64,000 bases of DNA from Cytophagales bacterium (GCA_033344775.1 JAWPMT010000002.1:898685-962684), one strand, 5' to 3'; shown: positions 33,854-43,809, counted from the stretch's first letter. Program-made: numbers and translations. Notes: generated by a model from the letters alone, not told the origin.

Positions 33854-35425
33854 ATGAAACCTGAATTTATACCTAATAAAAGGCCGCTGGAGTTCGTAAG
33901 AATCGTGCTCTGTCTCATACTGTTTCACCTGATCTTAGCTGAAACCAGTGCTCAGCAGACGATACCTGTTGTTCAGAATAAGGATGGGTTTTGGACCAGA
34001 GATGGGAACCAGCAAGTCATTAAATTTGACTCCATTGATGCAGCTGATGATGGCAATGACCGCATCACCTTCTATGCCGATGAGCTCAGGGTGCTGGATC
34101 CCGATGATGGAAGGGAGTTGTTCAATCTTGGAGCATCAAACAGTGTAACGATTGGGCATGATGGCCGTTTGAGGTATTTGTGGGATGACGGAACTCTTGC
34201 TTATGATATGTTCACTCCAGCTGCCAATGATCTATTCTTTTTACAATTCCATGAACCTGGAGTTAATAAAACCGTTTTTAGCTATGATCCGAAGGACGAT
34301 CACGGTAAAATCTTCTTTCCCAATACGGTTTTGACGGGCGTAATAACTAACAATCCTGCTGAATTTGCCCCGCCTAAATTAATTTTAAGCACTAAATATG
34401 GCACAAATCAAGCTAATGAGACAAAATTTATCTTAGAATCCGATGATGATAATTTTTTTATCTCTAAGCAGAGAGACAATGGTAGTGTAAATACTTTATT
34501 TGAATTGACATTTACTAGTGGGACCAGATTCCATAATGAACCATGGTACTTTGAATTAGATAATGGGAAGTATATACGTTTAGATTTGGACGGTACCAAG
34601 GAGGATCATGTCTCTTTTTGGAGAGGGCATGGTTCTTCGGAAGATCATGTAGGAAGTTTTGGAATGGACAGCACTATTATCAACGGTGCATTATTTATAA
34701 GACCCAAGAAATCTGATGATCTAACTTGGCAGGTAAAGAATACAGGTGACGCCATTAAAATTGGATCTGTGAACAGTGATGGATCTAGTCCAAACGAAAT
34801 CCTCAAGATAACAGAGCAATATGTTGTTATACGTAATGACGTAAATAACAGTCTCACACTTGATCCAACCCTTGCTCTTAGCGGTGGAGCTAATTTCTAC
34901 AGTGTAAATAACATTAGAATTGGAGCAGGCCAAGACGGGAATAGCAAGGGAAAGGCCCATATCCTTATAACAGGAGGTGAGAAAGAACCTGTCCTCATAC
35001 GCTATAACCCGACGACAGCCCCTATTACCCCAACCTGGGATACAAAAGTCAAAGATGGCTTTGCCCTGGCTGTCGAAAAAGGAATACTTTCTGAAGATCT
35101 AGCAATAGCGGAAAAAGGTCAATGGGCCGATTACGTATTCGAGGAGGACTATCAGCCCATGCCATTGGAGGAGCTGGAAAAATTTGTCAAAGAAGAAAAG
35201 CACCTACCAGGGATTATCTCTGAGCCCGAGATTGAAGCAGATGGCTTTTATCAGGTCCACGATGCGATGGTCGGTCAACTGAAAAACCTGGAAGAGCAGG
35301 TGTTGCACAACATTGCCCAGGAGAAGACCATCAAAATACAAGCGGCGCAGATAAAAAACCTGACCCAGAAGTTGAATCAGTTGGAAAAACTGGTTCAGCA
35401 ACTTGCTGACAAGGCAGGTAATTAG
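33854..35425 (+). CDS. Secreted protein with a unique N-terminal region and the shared C-terminal WxDYVF...KHLPG module
   Basis: Signal/anchor VRIVLCLILFHLILAETSAQ. C-terminal WADYVFEEDYQPMPLEELEKFVKEEKHLPGIISEPEIE..., then a heptad-like tail (35123-35422). Confidence 0.85.
   Translation: MKPEFIPNKRPLEFVRIVLCLILFHLILAETSAQQTIPVVQNKDGFWTRDGNQQVIKFDSIDAADDGNDRITFYADELRVLDPDDGRELFNLGASNSVTIGHDGRLRYLWDDGTLAYDMFTPAANDLFFLQFHEPGVNKTVFSYDPKDDHGKIFFPNTVLTGVITNNPAEFAPPKLILSTKYGTNQANETKFILESDDDNFFISKQRDNGSVNTLFELTFTSGTRFHNEPWYFELDNGKYIRLDLDGTKEDHVSFWRGHGSSEDHVGSFGMDSTIINGALFIRPKKSDDLTWQVKNTGDAIKIGSVNSDGSSPNEILKITEQYVVIRNDVNNSLTLDPTLALSGGANFYSVNNIRIGAGQDGNSKGKAHILITGGEKEPVLIRYNPTTAPITPTWDTKVKDGFALAVEKGILSEDLAIAEKGQWADYVFEEDYQPMPLEELEKFVKEEKHLPGIISEPEIEADGFYQVHDAMVGQLKNLEEQVLHNIAQEKTIKIQAAQIKNLTQKLNQLEKLVQQLADKAGN
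35123..35422 (+). other. Shared C-terminal module, copy 1
   Basis: WADYVFEEDYQPMPLEELEKFVKEEKHLPGIIS...LKNLEEQVLHNIAQEK..., coiled-coil-like tail. Confidence 0.8.
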
Positions 35426-35496
35426 TCCTAAAAACTCTAGAAATGATTTGAGGTTTCATGGTTTGGTATTCAGGGCGGTATACCAAATAATTCAAG

Positions 35497-35527
35497 AAGC
35501 TGATCGGAAAGGTCAGCTTTTTTTTTG
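35497..35527 (+). terminator. Intrinsic terminator after 33854-35425
   Basis: Stem AAGCTGATC / GGTCAGCTT (8 bp including one G-U) with loop GGAAA, followed by a run of 9 T. Confidence 0.8.
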
Positions 35528-36307
35528 ATGATCCTCCCGTTATTGGTCATAAGACCAACAGCCATACTCTAGACAAATCCCTTAACGCGTCATTCAGAGC
35601 GCAGCGAAGCATCTCCTGACGCGATAGTACCTAATAGCTGACCTCCGTCGTAGATTCCACATTGCGCTGGCGCTCCATTCTGATTGACGAAGGTTGCGTA
35701 TCATTCTCATTAGATCGTCTCCGCGACTCGGTCATTGCGGAATTTTTCGCCCAACCTTTAAAAAGGGCGAAAAATGTCCTTGCAATCTCTTCGACGATCT
35801 TTCCTGATTTTTTCATTTTACGGAATCTCAACCAAAGGAGTGCCGTCTAACAAATGAAAAGCTGAATACTTACCTAGCTTGTGACCAACAACCTTACCCC
35901 CGACAAATCCCTAGCGCGTCATTCAATGCGTAGCGAGGCATCTCCAGTCTCGATAGTACTTAAATCACTGATCTCCATCGAAGATTCCTGGAATGAAAAA
36001 CTGCCTTTCAGTTCATTGAGAGATTGCGGCATTTTTTGGCCGAGGAGTAAAATATACGACCAAAAAAGCCGCAATGACGTTTAGTTTAGACCTCCGTCGA
36101 AGATTCCACATTGCGCTGGCGCTCCATTCTGAATGACGGAGGTAGAGGCATCTTCCCTAATCGCGTCATTCGGAGTGCAGCGAAGCATCTACCGACGCAA
36201 TAGCACCTAATCTGCTGACCTCCGTCGTAGATTCCTGGAAAAGAAACGGCTTTTCTGTTCATAAAGAGATTGCGGCATTTTTTGGCGTGGAAGTAATGTA
36301 TCCTATG

Positions 36308-36480
36308 CCCAGGAGTGGTGTACTCATCCAGAAAAAGCAGATATCAGTCTTTACCTTGAGGAACCTTATTATGCGTTCCGGAAATTAACCTGGAATGGGA
36401 ACTAATTGCAAAATTCAGTTCCGGAGGTGAAGACGCGGCCCCACGGCCGGGGAGTGAAACAAAGACTGTTTCCATTTTTC
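36308..36480 (+). repeat. RE-A element copy 3
   Basis: Contains GTCTTTACCT (36347-56), AGGTGAAGAC (36425-34), CGGCC-CCAC-GGCCG (36436-49), and GAAACA-AAGAC-TGTTTC plus a T-run (36456-79). Confidence 0.8.
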
Positions 36481-36662
36481 GTGGAAAATAGAGGATACTC
36501 TCAATTGCGGCTATAAATCTAGAAAAATTGTTTGGTTGCACTAAGCTTGTCGAAGGGTAGACGAAAGCACGGATATCACAAAAAATGCCTACTTCGACAC
36601 GCTCAGCATGACATTTTTTAAGGCTAGTAACCTCACTTTGGAGAATAGATTGAATCAAAGTT

Positions 36663-36958
36663 AAAAAGCAGATATCAGTCTTTACCTTGAGTAACCTTAT
36701 TTTGCGTTCCGGTAATTAACCTGGAATGAGTACTAATTGCAAAATTCAGTTCCGGAGGTGAAGACACGGCCCCACGGCCGGGGAGTGAAACAAAGACTGT
36801 TTCCATTTTTCGAAGAAATAAGTGATCTTCTCAAGTGCTGCTATCAACCCATTCAAAAAACAACTAACCACATCACCACAAACTGCAAGTATGGCTTATG
36901 TTTCAGGCATCTTCCCTTATCGCGTCATTCTGAGCGCAGCGAAGCATCTCCCGACGCG
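36663..36958 (+). repeat. RE-A element copy 4, with the same 3' extension as copy 1 ending in RE-B
   Basis: Aligns with copy 1 across both core and extension (..CACCACAAAC.GCAAGTATGGC.TATGTT..GGCATCTTCCCTTA.CGCGTCATTC..). Confidence 0.8.
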
Positions 36959-37065
36959 ATAGAAACTTGTCCTGCTAACCTCCGTCGTAGATTCCACATT
37001 ACGCTGCCGCTCCATGCTGCATGACGGAGGTGGTGAGCGAAGCATCTCCCGACGCGATTTACACA

Positions 37066-37101
37066 AACAAAAAAAGGCCTGTCAAAATTATTGACAGGCC
37101 T
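37066..37101 (-). terminator. Intrinsic terminator of the OmpH-like gene
   Basis: 11-bp stem AGGCCTGTCAA (37075-85) / TTGACAGGCCT (37091-101). On the minus strand it is followed by a T-run (A-run 37069-37075 on +). Confidence 0.8.
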
Positions 37102-37129
37102 CTTGAATTACTACTTAGCTCAAATCAGG

Positions 37130-37687
37130 TTACTGACTCTTGGACATTTGTTCAAAAGTCTCAATCACAAGATCACTTACATTCGTTTCTTCCTGGGCAT
37201 AAAGTACCATGGGTGGTCCATTCACCGCTCTGACATCCGTGTTCAATATGTGAGTATAGCCATACTGCTTCGCTACCTCTTTAATGGCCAGCTGTAACTC
37301 ATCCAAAATAGGCTGAACAAGAATACTATCCTGTCGGGCGACCTCCTCTTCCGATCCCTGCTTGAAAGCCTGGATGGCCTGAGAGAGGTTTTGAAGCTCG
37401 GTCAGTTTATCCTGACGGATCAGTTCATTCATGGAGGCAGAGTCTTTTACAAAACTTTGTTGCTTTTGCTGAAAGTCCTGGATCTTTCCTTGCAGTGCCA
37501 GATTCAATTCGTAGATGGTGGTGTCCAATTTGCTTCGTTGCTCCTGGTAAACAGGAATTTGGGATACCGCACCATTGATACTCAGATAACCAATCTTTGA
37601 CGTGGTTACTTTCTCAAGCTTGAAACTTGAAGTGATTACCAGCAAGACCAGTATGATCAAAATCGAAGGTTGAAGTAACTTTTTCAT
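37130..37687 (-). CDS. OmpH/Skp-family periplasmic chaperone
   Basis: 185 aa with signal peptide MKKLLQPSILIILVLLVITSS. A long Q/E/K-rich helical arm, and a C-terminal AKQYGYTHILN.. motif typical of OmpH proteins. Confidence 0.75.
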   Translation of the reverse strand: MKKLLQPSILIILVLLVITSSFKLEKVTTSKIGYLSINGAVSQIPVYQEQRSKLDTTIYELNLALQGKIQDFQQKQQSFVKDSASMNELIRQDKLTELQNLSQAIQAFKQGSEEEVARQDSILVQPILDELQLAIKEVAKQYGYTHILNTDVRAVNGPPMVLYAQEETNVSDLVIETFEQMSKSQ

Positions 37688-38210
37688 GTAGGGTAAGATT
37701 TAAATTTTCTTTTGTTTTAAAGGATTGCTTTTTCTCCTTTCCTACCTGACAATAAAAATCGACGATCATACCAACGGCCGATTAAAAATTTTCCAGGTAT
37801 CTAGAAAGCCCAGGATCAGCGTTTCAGGGTTAGAGACTATCGTTATCTCTTTTGTGAAAAGATGGCTGACTGCCAAAAAAAGATTACAGATCTTGAGATA
37901 AGAACTGAATCCGGTTGTTACCCGAAATTATTTTTTCCGTTTCAGCTTTTTTGGCCAGATCGCAGGAATTGCGTCGTATCTACTGGCCACCATTTTTTGG
38001 GTAAATACATTAAGCTTCCCTTTTAGCTTGGTTTAAGATAATAGCATGCATCTCTGCCTTGTTATTCTTTTTCGGATCATGGATTGGTTAGATCCCTCGA
38101 AATAACTGTCGGATAAATAAGAATGATCATATGTCCACTGGAAAATAGAAGTTCTCCTGTATGATTTTCAATAACCTACTTATCAAGAATATGTCTTTAA
38201 TCAATAGAAT

Positions 38211-40106
38211 ATGAATTTCCATTTAAAAGAAAAGCGAAAGCCCTGGACCTCATCAGGAATGAGCAATCGGGGTTCTGACCTATGGGTGATCAGGGGTCCT
38301 GGACGTTTCGGGTTGCGAATGGCCATGTTGTTTGTCCTTTTCATAGCTGTATTTCACAGTTCCCATGCCCAGGACAGTCCAGCAATGGTCGTTGAGTCTG
38401 AACTCCAATTGAACCAGCCTGGTGGAACATCCGGCAGTAGCATCAGGTTTAAGATGACAAACCTGGCTTTATCAGATTGGCTCTTGCGTACGGACCTTAA
38501 TTCCGGGAATATCGAATTATTATCAACAGACTTAACGAGAGGATTTCACTTTACCCAGAACGGGGAATTGGGAATTGGTATTGCTGATCCTGATGAAAAA
38601 CTGGAGATTCTCGGTAATATTGCTCTGAATGTTACAGCTGATAATTTAGGAGGATCAAACTACAGGTCTTCGGGGTTGATTCTTAGCTCGACTATCTTTG
38701 ATTCATGGAAGTCTGGTGCTATCTATGGCACGGTAGGTAATCCCAATGACATAAGTGATTCTCCGGGTGGTTTGGCTTTTTATACCAAGCCGAAAGGATC
38801 AGTAGATGTTGATCTAGAGGAGAGAATGAGAATCGACTATCAGGGCAATGTGGGAATCGGTACTGATTCACCTACCGAAAAGCTCGATGTAGCCGGAACC
38901 GTAAAAGCCACTGCTTTTATTTTAGATGATGGTTCGCAATTGACTGGTTCCTTGTGGTCAGGGGATAATACTCTAGCGTCCTTTGTAGGTCGAGTAGGAA
39001 TAGGAACAGCCGGTAGCCCCAGTGCGGGCCTTGAAGTAAAGGATGGTATTAACACGAGAATTAGAGTCAAGGGTGACAATAACACCGACGGTGTTGACTT
39101 TGGGCTGCAAGATCACAGACTTGTATTGATGAACAGAAAGGAGGGAAGTGACATAGATTTCTTAACTAACGACGGCAGTATAACGTCGAAAGTAAAAATA
39201 AAAAGTAACGGACAGGTTGGTATTGGCACAGCACTGCCAGATGCCCAACTTCATGTGGAAGGATCCGGTATCGATTTGTTGGAATTATGGTCTGATGATG
39301 GTACAGCCTCATCTATACACGGGTTGGTCAAAAATCTTCAGAGCAACTTATTTGAGTTAACAGGAACCATCGCCTTCGAAAGAGATGCCGGTGGTGATAT
39401 AACAAAAAATGGGATAGGGTTGTTCGCAAATAAAATTACTATAGGTGCTGGGGCAACTCCGCTAGCGACATTCGACACACATAATGGTATTATTAATTTT
39501 TCGGATGATGTAACCATAGCTGATGATTTAATAGTGGAGAACAACTTTACAGTGGAGGGAGACTTAATAGTAGATACCGATACGGAAGTGAATGATCTAA
39601 AGGTAGACGGGGTACTAACCATAACTCCCAAATCCGATGACCTTTTTGCCATAAAAGCCAATGGGCCAGTACACATTAGCCGAAAGGAAACGAATGGTGC
39701 TGCTGATTCATTCGAAAACATTGATGTAGATGCGCTGGATCACGCAACCCTTTTTGTGGAAGATGGTATTGTCTCTGAAGACGTGATCTACACCACTGTC
39801 GGTGATAATTGGCCCGATTATGTTTTCGAAGAAGATTACGAACTCCATGACCTGGGCGAACTAGAGGATTTTATCATAAAACATAAACACTTGCCAGGTG
39901 TCATTAGCCAGCTAGAAGTAAAGGAAAAAGGGCTTGTAAGCGGCAAGCAGATGACCATTACCTTGTTGGAAAAGGTCGAAGAACTTACTTTATATACCAT
40001 CCAACAGCACAAGGCCCTTCAGGAGCAGCAAGCGTATAATGCCGCCTTATTGGAGAGGCTGGATGCGCTTGAGGTAAAAGTAAGTAGTGCCCGCGAAAAC
40101 AAATAG
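38211..40106 (+). CDS. Secreted tail-fibre-like repeat protein with the shared C-terminal module
   Basis: Signal peptide MAMLFVLFIAVFHSSHAQ (true start may be ATG 38259 or 38319). Four G-x-[VL]-G-I-G-[TI]-x2-P-x3-L-[DEH]-[VI] units, for example GNVGIGTDSPTEKLDVAGTVKAT. C-terminal WPDYVFEEDYELHDLGELEDFIIKHKHLPGVIS... Confidence 0.85.
   Translation: MNFHLKEKRKPWTSSGMSNRGSDLWVIRGPGRFGLRMAMLFVLFIAVFHSSHAQDSPAMVVESELQLNQPGGTSGSSIRFKMTNLALSDWLLRTDLNSGNIELLSTDLTRGFHFTQNGELGIGIADPDEKLEILGNIALNVTADNLGGSNYRSSGLILSSTIFDSWKSGAIYGTVGNPNDISDSPGGLAFYTKPKGSVDVDLEERMRIDYQGNVGIGTDSPTEKLDVAGTVKATAFILDDGSQLTGSLWSGDNTLASFVGRVGIGTAGSPSAGLEVKDGINTRIRVKGDNNTDGVDFGLQDHRLVLMNRKEGSDIDFLTNDGSITSKVKIKSNGQVGIGTALPDAQLHVEGSGIDLLELWSDDGTASSIHGLVKNLQSNLFELTGTIAFERDAGGDITKNGIGLFANKITIGAGATPLATFDTHNGIINFSDDVTIADDLIVENNFTVEGDLIVDTDTEVNDLKVDGVLTITPKSDDLFAIKANGPVHISRKETNGAADSFENIDVDALDHATLFVEDGIVSEDVIYTTVGDNWPDYVFEEDYELHDLGELEDFIIKHKHLPGVISQLEVKEKGLVSGKQMTITLLEKVEELTLYTIQQHKALQEQQAYNAALLERLDALEVKVSSARENK
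39810..40103 (+). other. Shared C-terminal module, copy 2
   Basis: WPDYVFEEDYELHDLGELEDFIIKHKHLPGVISQLEVKEKG...LLEKVEELTLYTIQQHKALQEQQ... Confidence 0.8.
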
Positions 40107-40268
40107 TAACCATGTGCTTCTGCTCAGGAGGCAGAAAAAATCATTCACAATGAAGACTTTACGAGGAGTTGTTTTTGGAGGTTATTTAGGCAGACCTAAA
40201 AATCCTCAAGGATCATCAGGCCAGAGTTATGGCTTAACCTCTCGAATTGATGACTCACACCACCTTAA

Positions 40269-43028
40269 ATGAATAATACGATGAAAAGAAATCAAATGAT
40301 AAATATAAGAGGTGTCCATGGGGTGTGGCTCAAGCGGCTGTTCCTGTTCATTCCTTTGATCATCCTGATGATTGAAAGGTCCGAGGCTCAAAGTGCCAAG
40401 AAATTTACTCAAAATCAACTCGAGATTAATAAAGATGGCATTGAAAGTAGCGCCTTTTATCTGTTACAAGATGATCAAGGAAATAAATGGAAGTTAGAAA
40501 GTAGTAGAACAGATTTTAAAATAAAGGGACCTGATTCCAATGGCGGAACTTTAATGAGGCTCATTATTCTAAATAATGGTAAGATTGGTATAAATACGCC
40601 CACCCCTACTGTAGAACTAGAGGTAGATGGCACGATTAAAGCCACCACTTTTGATGGAGATGGTTCGCAATTGACTGGTATCGATGCTAGCCAGATCGCC
40701 AATTTGCCTACAGGTGTGGGTAGTTCCCTGTGGTCAGAGAACGGTTCGAAAATATTCTACGATCAAGGTAGAGTGGGTATAGGAACCACCAACCCCACTG
40801 CGGCCCTTGAAATAAAGGAAAGTGTTAACACGAGAATTAGAGTTAAGAGTGATGTAAACACCGACGGTGTTGACATTGGGTTGACAGGTGACAGACTTGT
40901 ATTGATGAACAGACGGCAGGGAAGTGACATAGATTTTTTAACTAACGACGGCAGTATAACCACGAAAGTAAAAATAAAAAGCAATGGCAATATGGGCATT
41001 GGCACGACATCACCTTCCGAAAAACTAGAGGTAGCTGGTACTGTAAAAGCCAGTGCCTTACATCTTCATGACGTTGGTTTAGCAAGGATGAAATTCACTT
41101 CATCAACGACCGGTGAAACAGCAAACGACGGGTTCCACGTAGGGACTTCCGGCACTGTGGATGCCATTATTAATAACAAAGAAGCTGGTGACTTGAACAT
41201 TGCGACTAACAACCTTACACGCATAGTAGTTAAATCTGATGGCAGAGTAGGAATTGGTACCACTTCCCCGGATGAAGCGCTTGTGGTAGCCGGAAATATC
41301 AAAGCCACTGAATTTATCGGGAATGGTTTCGGATTGACGACCTTAAACGCCGCGAATCTGACAGGTGTTCTTCCTGAACTGGATGCTTCCAACCTCATGA
41401 ATATCGATGCCGCGCAGATCAACAATTTATCGCAGGATCTGCAGCTCAATGGTACGATTCTAACACTTGGTGATTCCAGTTCTGTAGATCTCGCGAATGC
41501 GGGATTCCTGGGAACGGACAATTCGCTACCTATAAACGTCACAGATGGCAAAATTGGAATAGGAACCTTGACCCCAGAACGAACATTCCATTTTACCAGA
41601 GTTGGCGTGGACGATGGTAATGATGGAGGTATGCGAATCGACCGGTCAACCTATGGTCCGGTCCTCGTCATGGCGAAGTACCCTGGGGGTACGCCAACCA
41701 ACTATCTGGACAATCCAGGTATGTACAGTCCGGAAAATGTAATGATTATGAGAACCAACCCAAATGATTTCACATTCTCCTATAGTCCAATTCCGGAACT
41801 TGGTCATTCGGGTAGAAAAGATCTTCTTACGATTAAGAAAGATGGAAAAATAGGTATCGGGAAAGTCAATCCTTCTAAGAAGTTGGATGTCGATGGTACG
41901 GTAAAAGCCAGTGCTTTTGTAGGAGATGGTAAAGATATCACCAATATCAATCCTGATAACATTACGGATTTAGATGCGAGGGTCTCTGCTGTTGTTGAGG
42001 GCAATTCCCTGTGGTCGGAAAACAGTGATAAAATATTCTACAACGCTGGATTTGTGGGTATTGGCAAGGACAACCCAACGGAAGCATTGGACATAGTAGG
42101 TAATATCCAAGCCACAGAAGATATCCAATTGAACGGGACGGGTACATTAAACGCCATAAGAGCGGATGTAGATGGCACCAAGCATTGGATCCACTTCTTT
42201 GGTGAGTTTACCGGTGTTGAGGAGCACCTCCGGCATAAAATGAATTTTCATGCCGACTCAGGAATCACCCTTGGGGCGTGGCCGAATCCAATCGTGAATA
42301 TCAATAATAGTAATCGATCGGTGGGGATAAACCTGAACGGTCAAAATCCAACTGAAAGACTGGATGTCAATGGAAATGTAAAAGCAACCGGATTTATTGG
42401 AAATGGTAGCGCCCTGGAAGACATTGATCCTGATCACATCACCGGCCTGGACGCTCGCATCTCTGCAGTAGGTGGATTTGATGGCGGGTTGGTGAACAAT
42501 AACATTACGATTGCAGCTCATCAGGGTTTAACGATTAGAAACTCAGAGAAAGGATCTTTAGCCGACCCAATGGTAGAAGGGCTAGTGATCTATGATAGGA
42601 ATTTCTTCGGGGCTCAAGAGCCAGGTGGAAACTATTTTGACGGTGATGGCGGAGGTCTTGCGGTGTATAACGCGGATGACGGATGGAGCGCCATAGTAGA
42701 TACCAAAAACATGAAACATCTGAGTGCAGTATTCCGCTCGGTAGTCTCTACAAGGTTTGCCGTAAGCGCTAATTCCTCGTTTGATGACTGGCCAGATTAT
42801 GTTTTCGATGCGGAATATGAGCTTACTCCGTTGGAGGAAGTAGAAGCCTATATATCGAAAAACAAGCACCTTCCTGAAGTACCTTCCGCTGCTGATGTAG
42901 CTGAAGAGGGTATCGATCTCGGTAACATGGACAAGACTTTGCTGAAAAAAGTGGAGGAGCTTACCTTGTACATCATCGAGCAAAATAAACGCATCGAGCA
43001 ATTGGAAGCGAAGCTCGCTGATCAATGA
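40269..43028 (+). CDS. Secreted tail-fibre-like repeat protein (919 aa) with the shared C-terminal module
   Basis: Signal/anchor LKRLFLFIPLIILMIERSEAQ. Eight G-x-[VIM]-G-I-[GN]-T/K..P...L-[DE]-V-x-G-x-[VI]-[KQ]-A-[TS] units. C-terminal WPDYVFDAEYELTPLEEVEAYISKNKHLPEVPS... Confidence 0.85.
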   Translation: MNNTMKRNQMINIRGVHGVWLKRLFLFIPLIILMIERSEAQSAKKFTQNQLEINKDGIESSAFYLLQDDQGNKWKLESSRTDFKIKGPDSNGGTLMRLIILNNGKIGINTPTPTVELEVDGTIKATTFDGDGSQLTGIDASQIANLPTGVGSSLWSENGSKIFYDQGRVGIGTTNPTAALEIKESVNTRIRVKSDVNTDGVDIGLTGDRLVLMNRRQGSDIDFLTNDGSITTKVKIKSNGNMGIGTTSPSEKLEVAGTVKASALHLHDVGLARMKFTSSTTGETANDGFHVGTSGTVDAIINNKEAGDLNIATNNLTRIVVKSDGRVGIGTTSPDEALVVAGNIKATEFIGNGFGLTTLNAANLTGVLPELDASNLMNIDAAQINNLSQDLQLNGTILTLGDSSSVDLANAGFLGTDNSLPINVTDGKIGIGTLTPERTFHFTRVGVDDGNDGGMRIDRSTYGPVLVMAKYPGGTPTNYLDNPGMYSPENVMIMRTNPNDFTFSYSPIPELGHSGRKDLLTIKKDGKIGIGKVNPSKKLDVDGTVKASAFVGDGKDITNINPDNITDLDARVSAVVEGNSLWSENSDKIFYNAGFVGIGKDNPTEALDIVGNIQATEDIQLNGTGTLNAIRADVDGTKHWIHFFGEFTGVEEHLRHKMNFHADSGITLGAWPNPIVNINNSNRSVGINLNGQNPTERLDVNGNVKATGFIGNGSALEDIDPDHITGLDARISAVGGFDGGLVNNNITIAAHQGLTIRNSEKGSLADPMVEGLVIYDRNFFGAQEPGGNYFDGDGGGLAVYNADDGWSAIVDTKNMKHLSAVFRSVVSTRFAVSANSSFDDWPDYVFDAEYELTPLEEVEAYISKNKHLPEVPSAADVAEEGIDLGNMDKTLLKKVEELTLYIIEQNKRIEQLEAKLADQ
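42789..43025 (+). other. Shared C-terminal module, copy 3
   Basis: WPDYVFDAEYELTPLEEVEAYISKNKHLPEVPSAADVAEEG...LLKKVEELTLYIIEQNKRIEQLEAKL. Confidence 0.8.
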
Positions 43029-43194
43029 AGAAAGACTCAGAAAAAACTGATTGGAGCAAGTCTCATGCCTTAGTTCAATGATCCTGGCATCGCCATAGAT
43101 CAGTGAATGAGCACCTTCCTTGGGTAACATGAGATAATAGACAGGGTGAGTAGGGCTTTTGCACTTCGGTGCGGAGGCCCTTTATTTTTTAGGA

Positions 43195-43591
43195 CAGTCG
43201 CAGGTCGGATGAGAACATACCAGCTCCGTCATCCAGCATGGAGCGCCAGCTATTTTCGTCTCCGCGACTTGGTCATTGCGGATTTTTTGGTCGTATATTT
43301 TATCCCCGGCCAAAAAATGCCGCAATCTCCTAAAGAACTGAAAGGCAGCCCAGTCTGGCGCGCGTTGCGAAGCTAAAACGCGTGCTCATTCTATAAATCT
43401 CTTACTGAAAGCAACGCTCTGAATGACGCGATAAGGGAAGATGCCACCACCTCCGTCATGCAGAATGGAGCGCCATTTACGATCGTCATTGCGGCTTTTT
43501 TGGTCGTATATTTTATCCACGTCCAAAAAATGCCGCAATCTCCTAAAGAACTGAAAGGCCGCCAGTCTGGCGCGCGTTGCAAAGCTAAAAC
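43195..43591. repeat. Mosaic repeat block: two tandem composite units (half RE-C, RE-D hairpin, RE-F, RE-E)
   Basis: RE-D is GTCATTGCGG.TTTTTTGGTCGTATATTTTATCC.CG.CCAAAAAATGCCGCAATC, at 43272-43327 and 43485-43540. Each copy is followed by TCCTAAAGAACTGAAAGGC and then RE-E, TGGCGCGCGTTGC.AAGCTAAAAC, at 43356-43385 and 43568-43591. Confidence 0.85.
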
Positions 43592-43809
43592 ATCAGTTGA
43601 TTATTTTGAGATATTTGAAACTACCCTGCTACATCATATGTCTTGATTTTGCAGTCTGGAGATGGATTAGGTGGGGGAGAGTTTCCTAATAGAGAGATCG
43701 TTTGAGTCTGATCGCATGGGCTAAAAACTGGCCCTGGGCAAAAAATGGAAGAAACCTTGGTATTTACATCAGAAATAGTTGTCTTAATCATAAACTCATA
43801 CTGACTGAC

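Larger units (their letters stand above)
35575..37065. repeat. 1.5-kb non-coding mosaic of short palindromic repeat units (RE-B, RE-C, RE-D, RE-F) plus RE-A copies 3 and 4
   Basis: RE-B is CGCGTCA-N24-TGACGCG, at 35586-35623, 36162-36198 and 36921-36958. RE-C is ACCTCCGTC...GACGGAGGT, at 35641-35694, 36090-36143 and 36978-37031. RE-D is an inverted copy, GATTGCGGCATTTTTTGG...CCAAAAAAGCCGCAATGAC, at 36022-36078. Only short ORFs occur here, and they translate the repeats. Confidence 0.85.

Noticed and set aside
35575-37065. CRISPR array
   Set aside because: The repeats are of several different families, in both orientations, with irregular spacing and no unique spacer pattern. No cas genes are present in the window.
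35631-37297. Track ORFs 35631-35831, 35662-35850, 35881-36084, 36344-36658, 36737-37024, 37021-37233 and 37091-37297 as genes
   Set aside because: They translate the RE-A/B/C/D repeat units (for example ..SFRAQRSISPDAI.., ..MTEVV..), overlap each other on both strands, and have no motifs.
39810-43025. S74-type intramolecular chaperone (endosialidase chaperone) at the C-termini of the fibre-like proteins
   Set aside because: The characteristic SDxRLK autocleavage motif is absent. The C-termini carry the WxDYVF...KHLPG module instead, so the proteins were not called S74 tail-fibre proteins.
38211-43028. Diversity-generating retroelement (TR/VR pair) acting on the fibre-like genes
   Set aside because: The 156-nt shared tract shows mismatches of all types rather than adenine-specific substitutions. 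It is not at the C-terminal end. No reverse transcriptase gene is present in the window.
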